This document shows positions 1 through 13,700 of a stretch of DNA of 64,000 nt, one piece after another; within the stretch, counting starts at the first letter, position 1; each line of letters begins with the position of its first letter. The notes below the pieces were generated by a model that was not told the DNA's origin, did not search any database, and saw only the letters and a list, made by a program, of their open reading frames with translations. Source of the stretch: Moniliella sp. 'wahieum' (lineage: Eukaryota); the NCBI GenBank assembly GCA_003971905.1, contig RSEE01000033.1, positions 496,001 to 560,000 on the forward strand, given 5' to 3'. The position numbers were made by a program, and so were the translations under genes.

Positions 1-484
1 GTCGATCGAAGAAGATGTTCAGCGGAAGTGGTCCCGGGGAAAGAGGAGAGCAAGGGGGCTGTGATGGATGATTGCGTGATGGTTATCACCGTAGCGTATG
101 CGAGGTGCTGTTGTCCCGACGTCCGACAGATCTCGGCTCGTTCAAGAGCAGCGGAGGGCAGCACAGCACCCAGTGGCTTTTCCCAGACAAACTTTGTCCC
201 GCGGGTGTTCGCTGGGACGATAAGGCGTTGGCTTACGGAGGGCGATATCGATAATCGATCGATAATCGATAAAAAAAGCGCTAGCATTTAAAACTCCATC
301 CTGCAATTACCTAGATCCTCCTCTGGCTGCAAGAGGCTGTAGTATCGTCGTCGAGGTTCGATGTCAATGCAGGCTGCGTTATTAAGAGAAAAACTAATCC
401 GGGTAAACAAAAGGGGGTGTGCGCCGCCTATATTGATGTGGCCGGAATCCTGATGCCAAAACGAAACGCTCGGCATCGTTAAAC

Positions 485-622
485 GTTAATCGTTAATCGA
501 GTTAATCGAGCTTCAAGCTTCAAGCTTCAACTATCCAAGCTTCAAGCTTCAAGCTTCAAGCTTCAACCTTCAAACTATCCAAGCTTCAACCTTCAACCTT
601 CAACCTTCAAACTATCCAAGCT
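485..622. repeat. Heptamer tandem array (GTTAATC x2, then CTTCAAG/CTTCAAC units) with a higher-order TATCCAAG spacer
   Basis: CTTCAAG at 511, 518, 540, 547, 554; CTTCAAC at 525, 561, 584, 591, 598; three blocks each end in CTATCCAAG. Confidence 0.9.
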
Positions 623-3600
623 CAGCTCGGTGTCAGCGCCGCATCATGCATATAGCTGTTCACAACGTTTTTTCACGCCCGGATCGCACCTCTTGGCGTT
701 GTTCCGTCCGACACTCTCTTCCCTTATGTTCTTTCCCTAACGGGCTCCTCTTGGTAGGATCGATGCATCATTCTCTCCATCTCTTTCTCTGCGTAGAGAC
801 CTTCGTCCTCTTTTTACAGCTTGAGTTCACGTTTTCTGAGTAGGCACAGAGTCTCGTCTGCTGCCTGAGCCCCATAAAATTCTTACACTTAAACGGCTGA
901 ATGCCTGGTCTCCACTCCGAAACAGAAACTGCCCGTCCACCTCCTTCCAAGAAGAAGCTGAATGCGCGCACCGAAAAAGCATGCATGCGGGCCCCATTCC
1001 TTTTTAACCTGCCGAGGCTACCTGACGAGAGGAGTCCACAGTCCCAAGGAGGCAAAAGGATTCGTTATGGCAGCACCACAGAAGACTCCCGGCTTTTTCT
1101 TGATCTCTGACATTTCACTTAGTAGTTTCCATGATACCCTCGATCCCGCTGATGCCAACACCCTTACTTATTCTGAGGTCCACGATATCAAGGCTATCCC
1201 TGTTGTCCCGGTGTTGCCATGTTACCCACCGGCTGCCTTGCCTGATTAGTATATGTGAAAGCTAGACCCTAGAGTTGCCGCGCTCAGCCAGCAGGGCACG
1301 TGCTCATCCCCTGGTCCCACTGTTTGTACTGTCCTTTCGCCACCACCTCTCCTTCGCCCTTCCCTTTCTTCTCGCTCATCTCGTTACTTGATTATTACAC
1401 CTGATCGTCTGTAGTTAGAGACTAGGTGTCTCCAGGTCAGAGTCTTCACTTGCCCCTACTACACCTGGTCTCATCTCGGTCTCAGGGTCAACAAGGACCC
1501 CCAGTGAGATCAATAAATAAGGTTTTGATAAGTGTCGGTGTTCTGTTTTTGACGATCACAAGGAAGATATCAATGAAATCAGTATTCACGCTAAGCAATG
1601 GCCGCTGGACCTGCTTCTGCGACACCAATGGTGGCAGGATCCGGGCACAGGTGGCCTCACCCGTATGTTCTTGTACGGGGCGCAGGCCCCTTCCGCCCCC
1701 TGTTCTTTCTCCTTCTTTGCACCCACAGGGAGCGGCTATCAATGAGATGGCTCCTGCAGCGGGGTGAAGCCAGGTGACGAGATTTAACGATAACACATCT
1801 CATGTCCTGGCCCGCTTGCCGTCCGTGCGATGATGCTGTGCCTATAAGGGCGAAATTTGATGATGTCATTACTGCCAAGAACACATAAGGGAAACCTTCA
1901 TTCATTATTACAGCCGCCAGTTGCAACGGCTTTTCATCACCAAATGCACACTCAACGTACACAGCCAAGACGTGATGGCAAAAGTCTTCTTGGCAACGTA
2001 ACGAGGATGGGCGCCCATCACACAGAGACGACATAACCCACACAGTATGGAGTATGGCAGAAGCTTTGAAGGAGATTGAGTGTGTGGGTTTCAGTGTGTG
2101 GGCCTTGTCGTAGTAGAGCGACGAAGGAAGATTAGCACTTGGAACGCAACAGTTAAGTGGCCATGAAACGGCCACAAAACGCCCATGGATGAGCAATGTC
2201 AGGGGGATAATTGTTCAATGCAGAGAAGCCAATGTGGCCGATAAAAGCTCCGCATACCGACTGCCACCTGTGCACCCCCCTGTTTGTGGCCTGAAAAGGC
2301 GTAACTCTCAGATACTCTGAGGGCATTGGACGAGAGAGGGCTATCTGGCGATGAGGCCATGAGGTAAGCTCGCCAATAACCCTAACCCAGCATATTCCCT
2401 CTGTGCGTGCCCACAAGCTGGTTGAGGGTGCTGGTACTGGCCTCCTGTGGTCATACTCCAACTTCACTCTCAATAGGTATCTGGCAGGCCCGCCATCTCT
2501 GCCACTGGCAAGTGTGCTTGAGTGAACGGCTGCTTGGTGCCTCATTCAGACGTATAGTGCCAAGTCGACATATAGGCCCAACAGTCAATTTCATCCACGT
2601 ATCAGAAGAGATGGCTACTCACATACGGTCCTCATCATTTCAACCGCTGGTAGCCAAACGGTGAAGGAAGAAGCGGCCCAGGTGGTCCCTACAAAAACTT
2701 GCCTCTCCTTGGGCAGACCGTCTCATTCACGTAGGTGTGCCAGCACTTATTTCTATCGTGTTGGCTCCACGAGAGCCAGGTGGGGTAGTCACTCATATCT
2801 TGGTGTCAAATTACTATGCATGTAAGTAGAGGAAACTTCCACAATTGGCAAATGTTTAAAGGCCAAAATAACTGCTAAAAAAGTGCGAATAATAGGGGAT
2901 GCTATACGGGAAACAACACGAGAGAACAGCTTCGGATATATGCGAGAAGCCAGGGTGGTTATCCAAACACAAGTCTTTCACCGCGCTGAGGGGAAAGAGA
3001 CGGCAGGAGCAAGAGAAGCGAGTCGGAGCAACTAATCAAAGGGAATTATGGTCAGTCTGATCCCTTCACGCGGACGATTTTTCCGTGTGCCTGTGATGGG
3101 CCGATTTTCACCGCCATGCTGTGGTCGATCGACTGTTAATGGCCATCCACGCCCGACAGTGTCACCAAGGGGCGATTTTGGAGTGCGGAAACAGCAACTA
3201 CCACCTGTCCTGCTTTCCTCCTCGTTTATATTCGTGCCTTCCCTTCCAGCCGTACGGTTCGATGCACAGACGTGCTTCAATTAAGTTAATAACTTAGGCC
3301 TTTCAGCTTTGCTCTGCATCTTGTCTCGATCTATCCTTCTATTTTGCCTTCTTCTGTTGGTATTACCCCCATCGGCTCATGCACAGAGCCGTCTCCATTC
3401 ACAGCGCGGCGCTCCTTCGGTTTTTCTTGTTCGTCTCCATTTCACTATACGACTTGCGCCCAATGATGTTCTCTGTGGTCAACTCGGCTCGCCCCCCCTT
3501 TTGTTTTGTTCCTCATCTCCCTTCTTCTCCCATTGGTGCTTACCAGTGTCAGGGCCGAGGGGGGATTGGAGTGTGGTGTGACGTCACACCACACTTGACA

Positions 3601-4047
3601 TGTTTCGCCGGTGGCAAAGCCGCTGGTAAGCGGGACTGTGGCTGCAGTACGCGGATTCCATTAGTAGATATACCGTCGCCGTTCCCATCCTTCATCCTTT
3701 TCTTCCTATCATATTGCACTGCCCAAAGTTGGGTTAGCTTTTTACAAGGTGCGACCTCTGACTGCTTCCGTCCTGCATAGTGCAATGGTCCCGGCCAGGA
3801 GAGCTGTATAGCTATCCTACCGGTTAACGGATAATCGTGCTCCAGGCTCTCCCCAGTAATTGAGTGCTCGTTCTCACTCAGCCAGTCCTGCACCGATTTC
3901 TTCAGTTATGAGCAAGTAAGAGGAGAATGACCCAGGCTTCCATACAACTCAGGATACCCACTGACATCTGTGCCTCTTATGCCTCGGCGTTCAGCCCCGC
4001 CGCGCTTCATACTTAAACACGTACTTTATATAAACAGAGCATCGTTA

Positions 4048-5380
4048 CTAGAAGCAAAAACAGAGTGTGCTTAATCTTCCACGATCGTAGGTGTCTCCGT
4101 CCCTGTGACGTTGTTCGTTTCGCCGTCTTGAGCTGTGCATGAGCCACGAGCCAATCCCGTAAGCCATCGCGATCGCAGCGGTCTTGGCCAGCTCTTCGGG
4201 GGACATACCTCCCTTGATTGTGACGTACTTCATCATCACTAAACCTGTGTTAGTAACCCCATCTGTCTGTTGGCATCCCGTCAAACAAAAAAACGCACCA
4301 TGCTCGTAACCCTTCTTAATGTGCAGCGTCTTGTCCTTCGACCGGACGAGGTGCAAAAACCGTTCGGAGCCATGCCAGTCGGTTACCCGGTCATGGTCAC
4401 CATGGAAAATGACAATCGGCTCATCAATCTTGCCTGCTTGGACCAAGGATTGGAAATGAAGCAAGCCATCCAATACCGCCAAGCCTGTCGCAATTCGCAA
4501 CCGGCCATGGTACGTCATCGGGTCCAGCGCCGACTCTTCCTCGACTCGAGGGTCGTCCGAGACGTTGCCCTTGATCGCCTTAGCGACAGGCAAGCGACCC
4601 AACACAAAAGCAGCCGTATGCGCAAATGCTTCCACCCCTTTCCCCGGCCGCGACTGGGGGGAAATGGCGAGCATAGGGCAAGCGACCGCAATTCCATTTA
4701 CGGGCGGGTTTGAGGAGTGGCCATAGAGCGCCGTGTAGTAGAGCGCAGTGAAGGCGCCCATGCTCTGGCCTTGCAAAAAGAGTTTGCGCGGCGCCACGCC
4801 CTGCTGCGCATCGTGTTTCCGCACATCCAATCACTGCAAACCGCCTCGACCAGGATGCGCATGGATGGGAGGTAAGAGTGCAGCCCAAAGCTCCGTCCGT
4901 ACGAGGGCAGGTCCAGCGTCACCACACGAAACCCGGCTTTCATCCACGTCTGGGCGTGCCGGGCAAACTTGCCCCCGTAGTCGTTCAGGCCATGGATACA
5001 CACCAGATCCGCGCCTAAGTCCGCAGGGTTGACGCTGCCCTGTGGTCCGGGCCGTTCCCACACATAATAGGTGACGACGGCATCTTGAGGCCGGAGGGGG
5101 TAGCGGCCCAACTTTAGTTGCTCTGCTGTCAGGTTAACGTGGTGAATCTCGGCCTTGACCTCTGGATTGTTGTAGATGAACGTCTGCTCGTTTTAGAGAA
5201 GGGCAAGCGGGCACGACCAAAGGAAGGGTCGCGGCGAAAGTAGATGTGAAGGGCAACGAGAAAGGGCTCCGCCAGCACCTCGTACGCTGTCAACAGCACG
5301 CCCACCATGGCCTTCCCCAGTGCGTATAGTCCGCCACTGGGCGGCGAAGGCGCATGTTGCGCAGGTGGGGCAGAGTCCAT
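4048..5380 (-). CDS. Alpha/beta-hydrolase, monoglyceride lipase/lysophospholipase-like (frameshifted in this assembly)
   Basis: Motifs across three ORF pieces: CIHGLNDYGG, LDLPSYGRS, nucleophile elbow GQSMG, HGDHDRVTD, YEH. ATG at 5380. 60-nt intron 4239-4298 (GTGCGT..TACTAAC..TTTAG). Frame breaks near 5190 and 4835; true stop approximate. Confidence 0.85.
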
Positions 5381-8300
5381 GGCGATCGACAACCTGGTTG
5401 AGAGGGCGTGAGGGACGTCTGGTGGTGCCAAGCGAAGGTAGCCCACAGGGGGGAGGTGGATAGATGGGGCTGAAGAGCTTGAGACTGGTGGTGCAGCGAT
5501 GGTGAATCGCTGATTAAATCAGTCGCCCTCGGTGCTGTTCGGGCGTCGGCAAGACGGTGAAACGTTCAGCTGGGTGAGCCGCTCCGGAAACCGGATCTCT
5601 CTGGCCCGCTGCACACTCTCTAATGCTCTATCGCCCCACCGCGACGTCCTCAAGCCTCGGTGGTCAAAAAAACGACCCACAAGGCGCAGTAGGAGGGGAA
5701 GTTCGAGTGGTCTTCCACCCCGCTTGCTGATTTCGCATCGGCCGATCCCAACTTCTCCCCCTCGCTTATCCCCCTGCCTCCTGAGCTGGACGATGAGCCA
5801 AGCCCAGAAGCGACAGGGCCTGCCGTCGTGGTCCAACGAGCATGGAAGCGCGGTGGAGCCTGGTGGAGCCTGGTGGAGCTCCATAAGCGGCTCGGTGCAT
5901 GACCGGATGACCTGAGCGCGTGCTTTCTATTTCCCCGAATTCCACACCTATGCTCAAGTCCAGCGTCACGTGGCTGCCCACACTGGCATAAAAAACCGCG
6001 TGCCTCAAGGAGGCGAATTAAGGATTGGCTAACCTGCGTATTCAGTCTCGACGACGGAGAAATGACTGTTTGGCCTAAAGGATGTTCGATTTATCCTAAA
6101 TGGCCCAAGCAACGAGAACGGATGTACTACGGCACCGCTCGTGGTCCAGCTGCCCCTTGCCGACTCGATGAGGTGGAGGCACCAGTACACGAACGCCTGC
6201 CTAACCAATTTGAAGACTTACTCCTTGTCAATTGACGGACCTCTACTTCCTCTCAGTACACGAGGAAGGCGAACGCCCGTTGTGAACTTGTTCCTACTAT
6301 ATGGATATTAATTCCCTGGGCAGGAGGGTCATACCCTCGGACGGTTGGCAAAGTGCAGGCCCGAGCACACTGGGTCGAGGCAACGCGGGAGCGGAGACGA
6401 TCAATTTCATCACCCTTGGCCCTGGAGAGGAAGGCAACTATCTGTTTTGCCCGAAACAGAGTCCGTTTGGATGAGTATGTTCCGTTTGTGGCGAATCAAC
6501 ACTCGTTGGAATTGTGGGGCTTTACAGCAAAATGTTGATGAGGAATGCAGAGCAAATGCCTCAGCCTTGGAGACTGTTTATCGACGATCTAGAACGAGCA
6601 TAAATGAGTAGGAAAGAAGGGGGCGGGGGGAGGATAAATTGTTGATGGAGGAAGATCTGACATTGGAGGCGACTGAAACAATATATCATCCCGAAATGAC
6701 AGAATGCCGGGCACAGCACGCCCCATCCAGTGTTTACTACGGGAGGTGTGCAGAAGCAGAACGGTCTTATGATGCTCGAGGGTAGCAGGTTCGCAGTGTT
6801 TTTACTGTATCTGACTCGAACGGTGCCACTTGTATACTCAGAGTACTTTGAGATGCACAGTAAACATCTCCGTCCAGGATGTTTCCAGTAAGGCTTAGCT
6901 TTGATTCTGACAGGATCCGTGTACTGTTGCGACGACGACGAACTCCATCAGGACCGGTGGAACGGTGGCTACAGTGGCGATGGTGGCCGACCGGGCCGTA
7001 GGCCTGGTGGTCTCCTGGTACAGGTTACCGATTACCGCCAGTGCTCAGCGCGCTCAGCTGAGCCGTTCAGCGATCCAGCTCTTGTCCCCAATCGATCGCT
7101 TCCGTTACTATCATATAATAGTAGGCTTCAGAGAGAGCTTCCAGTTGCTCAGTCTCCGTTGCGGTTCTTTGTGGCAATGGCAGGCGAGCAAGATAAGGGG
7201 TAGAAGTGGTGTGGATGCAACCAGGGGGAAGGCAGCCCGGAGGCGCAACAAGAGAAGGGGGTGGAACAGAGGCGGAATGGGGCCGCCTCGCACATGCTTA
7301 CAGCCGAGCGAATATTGAATCAGCCCGTCCAGTGCTAAGCGCCAAGTGCGCTAAGTACTGAAGCTGAGTAACTAGTAACTGCAGCCTCAGCGCTCAGTGC
7401 GCTCAGTGCTCAGCTCAGTACTCAGTCTGTTACACGATCGACATGATCGCTGTGGAGAACCAGGCACGCGTAGCTGGTGCGCGCGTCAGCGCGGCAGCGC
7501 AGCAGCAACACAAAAAGAAATACGTCCACGCTCCCAATCAATGCAGTCGATCGTCGATTGTAGGCTTGTCACGCATCACGCGTCATTCATCACGCATCAT
7601 GGACAATCTACTTGCAAAACTTGTTCAAAGCGCAGTCGTTCTTTCCACCCTTCTGTTCCCACATTGATGCAGGCCAGGATCGAGACAGTTGCAGAATCTG
7701 ATCAGGCGCCAGATATTCCCGGTTCTATTGGCATTTTTAGCACCATGCATTACAATTCTAGCGTCAGCGCTCAGCGCATCAGCATCAAAATTACACCCCT
7801 CGTCGGCATCGCCTCTCGGCCTCAGGTCCATCGATTATCATCATCGAGGTTATCAACGCGACAAGGCTCCGAGGTATGTGCCGCGTCTGCGTCAGCAAAA
7901 GAGGGCGACGCGAAGCTGACGCCAAACATCACACATGCCGTGACGTTGCCAGTGACGCGTGACGCGCCTAGCGGAGTCTCCTCTGCCCCACGGTACACAG
8001 CGGAAGGATGGAGAAGCTTCAACTTGAAGCTTGAAGGAAACCACCCACTCACATGGTATACTCGCAGCCCATGCCACATGGGACTGTCACATGTCAGCAG
8101 CATTTCAAACCTTTCGGATCTCCATTGGACTACCGTTCGGAATTCTACCAACCCATGGGGGCGCCAGCATTATGCACATTGTCAAAGTGATAGAGACATA
8201 GCGCGCAGGCAACGTGGTGCCAGCCTTCGCCTTGCTGCGCGTATCGACTGCGCGCACGATGCAGCATATCTTCCCGCTGGAGGTAGGAAGATACAAGGTC

Positions 8301-9909
8301 ACCGGTCCGTGCAGCTATGCACAGCGCTCAGATCCAGTTTCTGGCCTTTGCTGGCCCAGACTGGCCCGCAGCGCGGAGCACCGGGAGAGAAGCTTCGCTA
8401 GTTTCAAGGATCTGCGTTGGGTTGGCAGGCTTCCACAGGCTTCTGCCTGCTTCTGCTCTGCAGAGGGCGCCTTACCAAGAGGCCCAGCCGGGCATCAGTC
8501 TGGTACTGAGTGTACTGGGTTACCGAGTGAGCTGAGCGCTGTTGCCTGCCTGAGGCCTGACGAAACACCACACATCACACCCAGGCTGCACGCATCACAT
8601 GCCGCATGTCTCTTGTCGCAGATCCGCCGGCCGCGTGCTGAGCTCAGCAGCGCTACAGCAGTCTGCCGACTGCGGCTGAAATGGCTGCTGCTGGGTGATG
8701 CATGATGCATGATGCATGATGCACATGAGGGGGCTGATGGGCCGGTGGGGGGCGGCGGGGGTGGCGGGGACCCGTGGTATGCTTTGGAAACAGCCTGGAA
8801 ACAGGCAGCGGCTGCAGCGGCAGCGGGAGGGCGGCGACCAGGCTGGGCCCGGGGCCGCTGACGCTGATTTACGTAGCTGTACCATGTTAGCGTTGTGGTC
8901 GATCAGTGTTGTGTGCTATATATGTCACATCGGCGAATGTGGTGCCGCGACAAGCGCCGTGCTGAATGGCGTTGGACATTGATAATGAGACCCTCTGGCC
9001 TGAGGCAGTGAGGCCTGAGGAGGATCCGCGGTGGGGTCGGGAGCCCCCGGACACTGGCAGTGTGCCTCTGACATCGATCTGTAACACCTACGGTCGACGG
9101 CGTACCATTGGCGTACTGCGTAGGGGCTCAGCCTCAGGCGCCAACAGCTTCAGGCCGTCAGGCCCAGCGCCTCAGCGCGCCATGGAACGTAGCCGAACAC
9201 AGAGTCGCAGTGCGGCCGGAGGCGTTGAGGCCGGGGGTCAGATCTCAGATCTCAGATCGTGGTTTAAAACGTTAATGATTCCTGGCTGGTGCCCTGCGAC
9301 CCGTTCCTAGTGACTATGACAGCCTGACCAGACCCACAACCCGCGCCATCTGTGCGTCAGGTCCCAGCCGGCACCAGCCAGCAGATCATCGATCATCCAT
9401 CTCTGCCGGGCGCCTGCCCCATGGCGGGGGCGCCCGGGGGCAGTGTTGTTTTGCTGCTCGCGAACTGCAAACTCGTTTGGAGCGGCCCGCAGTAGCGCGC
9501 AGTGCAGCCACTGGCCTGGTTGATCAATGGTCGATAACCGGCAACCTCCATCACCTGACGCATGGCCCGACCCATACACTGGTCTGCTGCGCATGCAGGC
9601 GCCCTGCCGGCCCGTGCGCCCTGCGCCGCCGCGCGGGCACTAGCACACACTGCGACGCGCTGGTCCATTGCGGCCAGACCCCGGCGTGCATTTGGTCCGC
9701 GCCGTGCCTTCGGGCCGTATGGCGCCAGTGCCCACAGCCGCCCATGTCAAGACGCGCGCCCTCGCCTACGGCTGCCGCCGTGCGGCCCGCCAGCACACAG
9801 ACGCCGTGCACTGCCCGAATCCTTTTTCTACCGTCGGCGCATTCATCTTTCCCTCCCCCTCCCCCTACCACCCGCTTGCTCTTCCTTGCCACACGCTCTC
9901 CTCGTCGCA

Positions 9910-10761
9910 ATGCAGCTCAAGGCCATCCTCGCTCTTCTCGTCGCCGCTGGTGCCGTTCTGGCCCAGAACTTCTCCTTGAACACCCCCACCCAGAGCCTCA
10001 TTGCTGTGCGTTGCCCGTGCCCTGTTCCCCCCACACCCGCCTTTGTTTGAAGCAGCAGCGCTAACACCTCCTCCGTCGTCCAGTGCGTTCCTGTGCTCCT
10101 CACGTGGCAAGGCGGCGCTGGCCCTTACACTCTGGTCGTCCACACCTACGCCAACGGTGTGGTCGGCGATGTCGTCGACACGGTCCAGAACCTCTCCGGC
10201 ACTAGCCACACCTGGACGCCCCCGACTTCTCTCGTCGGCGACCAGCTTCAGTTCGACCTGACTGACTCCACTGGTGCGACTGCCCAAAGTGGCGGTACCC
10301 CTAACCCCATCCTCGCCAACAGCCAGTGGTACGTTTCTTTTCATCCCTCATTCACGTTGTTGTACTGATTCTTTTCTCGTTCCAGCTCTGCTTCGTCGTC
10401 TGCTGCTAGCTCCAGCGCGGCCGCTGCTCCGTCGTCCTCGGCTGCTCCATCGTCGTCGGCTGCCCCCCACTCGTCGGCTGCCCCCTCGTCGTCGGCTCAC
10501 CCGTCGTCCTCGGAGGCTCCCAAGTCGTCTTCGGAAGCCCCGAAGTCGTCGTCTTCGGAAGCCCCCAAGCCGTCGTCCTCGTCGGCTGCCCCCTCGTCGT
10601 CGGTACCTGCCTCCTCGTCGGCCCCGCACTCCAGCTCCGCTCCCTCGTCTGGCCCCGCCGCCGCGAGCAGCACTACTTCCTCCAAGTCTGGTGCCGGCTC
10701 TCTGCGTGTCCCCGCTGCGGTTGCTGGCTTTGTTGGCCTGGCTGCTGCCGCCCTTCTCTAA
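9910..10761 (+). CDS. Secreted Ser/Ala/Pro-rich GPI-anchored cell-surface protein
   Basis: join(9910..10005,10084..10328,10386..10761) is in frame. Signal peptide MQLKAILALLVAAGAVLA; domain NTP...CVPVLLTWQGGAGPYTL; Ser/Ala/Pro stalk; hydrophobic GPI-signal tail SKSGAGSLRVPAAVAGFVGLAAAALL*. The ORF track misses exon 3. Confidence 0.85.
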
Positions 10762-13700
10762 ACAGCTAATTGTGTGTAACCCGGTAACGGACCTGTGGAT
10801 GTGGTGACGGTGTACCGTCGCCACCCTGCTCTTCTCCTTTTTCCCCACCCCTGCGGTCTTCACCCCACGGTCCCATTGATGATATGCCTCGCGCATTCGT
10901 TGGTGCCGACTGTTGCCACCAATACCTGTTGCTTCGTTCTGCTTGAGCGGGGTTGCTATGACCCGATGTCCATCTCGTGTTCTCTCTTTTCTCTCTTCGA
11001 TGCCGTCATGGCTATTCTATCTCTCATTTCTCTTCGACCCTTCGTACATCTCTGCTTTTGGTCTGCGCTTGCCCGGGGCCATGAAATAGTTAATCTCCCT
11101 TTCCTACTGGTAGTGCATTAGCGTCATATATATCAATGGCTCATCCAGCTGGTTAGGAGTTTGAGTTTGAGGCAGGGTCGTTATGATCAACGTCATGAAC
11201 CGACCATATATGCAATGGCCGAAAGAGGTGTACAGCTGCCCTGCCCCTGTACCAGTCAACATGTCAAGCAGCTTGAGGACCCTGTCAAGCATTGCCCCCA
11301 TCCTCATCCAGCGGACGTATGCGCCGCTTGTGCGCGGTGTGTCTTCTCTGGACCAAATGCAAGGCCGAAGATGTGAGAGGCGCTCCACTACTATAACGAA
11401 AGGGCATGTGCGGGCTGTTGTAGCAGGTTGTAGCCCTTACTCAGACACCCCCGGGCGGAGTGTGTTGGACCCGCATTGGCGATGATCGAATGATCGACTG
11501 ACAACTGACAGCTGATGGCGCGCTGATGGAGCGCAACGTGCGAGCCCCTCGCAACGCTCACTGGGCGTGCCGAGCTAGCTCGGCCGGCAGCTTCGCTGTG
11601 GCGCTGAGGCGCTGAGACGCAGTCAGCGCTGAGGCTGAAAACGCTGAGCGAACGTTGAAGCTTGAAGGTACGTTGAACTTGAAGCTTGAATGCAGGAACA
11701 TGTGACAGGAACGACGGCTGATGGCCTGCTCGCACCCATCCTCCATGCTGGAGGTGGTTTCGGACTGGTGTGGCAAGCGAGCGCGCACCAACGTCCAACA
11801 ACCTCCGACGTCCAACGGCGTCGCGCGAAACGTTCAACGTTTTTTCGTGCGCGTGACCACGTGAGCGGATGAACGTTCTTCAAGTTGAACGGTTCAAGCT
11901 TCAAGCTTCAAGATGTTCGAGAACGCTCACGATGACGGGTGACTGTCACCTGACCAATCGGTCACTCAATGGGTATACAGAAAAGACTTAGTAAGTCCTC
12001 GCATCGTGTCTATAGCACCGAGAGCCAAGCGGATATGGGTCCAACACGATTGCAAACTCGGGTGCTATTCGAGCCACGCAGAAAGACGCGATGGTCGAGA
12101 CACCTACGACGGGTGCTCTTTCTGCGATTGGCTGACCCACACAGGACTATGGGGTTCGGCCAATGGTTTTTTTATAGATGATCGATGAGGTGCTTTCCGT
12201 TGAAGGAGCGGGGGCACCACTGACGGTTGATTGTGATCCTACACATTGGCTGATACAACTGGCGCTATAGAGGCGAGGCAAGGTGCACAGTTCATGCGGG
12301 CTCCGGCATGCGTGGCAAAGTTACGTATCCCGCAACTCGCGAAAGAAACAAAAGTGTGCCTCTCTGTAACGCATGTGGTCCTAGACTACGTTGGCTGGAA
12401 AAGCACCGTAGTAGTCAACGACGTGGTAGAACAACAGGACCTCTGTCTCGGAAACAACACTCAACTCTCCTATTGGATCTCAGCAGGATTCGTACAGATT
12501 TCAGAGCTTCGAGATTCCAATGGATGCCGCTGTGGAAAAGAAACCGGAAAAGGTCAAGAATGGGTCATTGTGTGGATGCTGTGGTCTGCCGCGGGACTGG
12601 AGCTATAAGGTAGAAATGGATGGAACGTGTGTTGGGGTGCCAAAGCTGGATTCATGAAAGAATGTGTGTAAAATGAAATGACCCTCTATACTGCATCATC
12701 CTATTATTGACTGAGCTTAAGGCTGCTATAGAAGCGAGGAAAACTGCACCCGATCGAGGCAGTCAGACATAGCAAAGTTCAAGGAAAAGCAGGATCTCCG
12801 CCCTCTGTCTCGGTAACGAGAAATGCATGAAAAGAGAGAGCCTCTCAGCATCAACGAAACACGCAGATCAGGAAGACAACTCCCAAAACACTCCTTTGAG
12901 CCACTTCCACACAAGTTCGGAGTAGAAGTCAGCCACAGAAGCAAGGACCAACAAAGCAACCCGCAAAGTACCTTGACCGTGCAAAAGGGACTCAACCCAG
13001 ACTTCCCAAGTCGAAGGGAGCATGCTCCGTTTAGAAGCAGCGGAACATTGCTTACGGTTTGTCCAAAACGTTCAAAGTAGCCAGCCTCCGGTCATAAAGA
13101 GTAACCCGATCCAGCCAAAAGGGAAAGAGAAGGGAAACAGCACATGGGCTCGCTCGGGCGACGATCCTTTCCTTCCCACTGCACCACAGGGTCGCGCCAG
13201 TGTGTCGCTCATGCCAGACCACGTTCGTGTTGGCTTTGTTCCTATATACACGTTTAGTGATTCAGGAATCGGCCATGGTAGATCCACGGATGGATGGAAG
13301 CTCTGGGCGAGTGGTACTGAATCATTGCCTACATACACATCAGAAAACTATGCTTAGTGTCTATATTAGGAGAAACGTGGGGCCAAGACTCCTTTGTCTC
13401 GCACACAACACAGAAAACAGACCATGATATCGAGATTGGAGGCATTCGTTGCAGTCAAAGGTTGTGAGGAGAGGCATAAGAGAGTTAGAAGGGTGTAGGG
13501 CCTTGTCCCTATGGTATCCCGAAGCAGAGAGGGAGCGTCCGGGTGGGCAAGAGGAGGGTGGTGCCGTACGTCAGACAGTCGACACGCAGGGTGGCGTGGA
13601 CATCCCCCTCAACATCTATCGTTCTGTTGAGGTGCGTAGGACATTACAGCACACGAAGGGCTTCTACGATGGACCTGATGTCCGATAAGGGATATGTACA

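Noticed and set aside
7397..8401. 334-aa + strand ORF
   Set aside because: GTG start inside a heptamer cluster, no recognisable motif, and composition like translated intergenic DNA; it cannot be supported without expression data.
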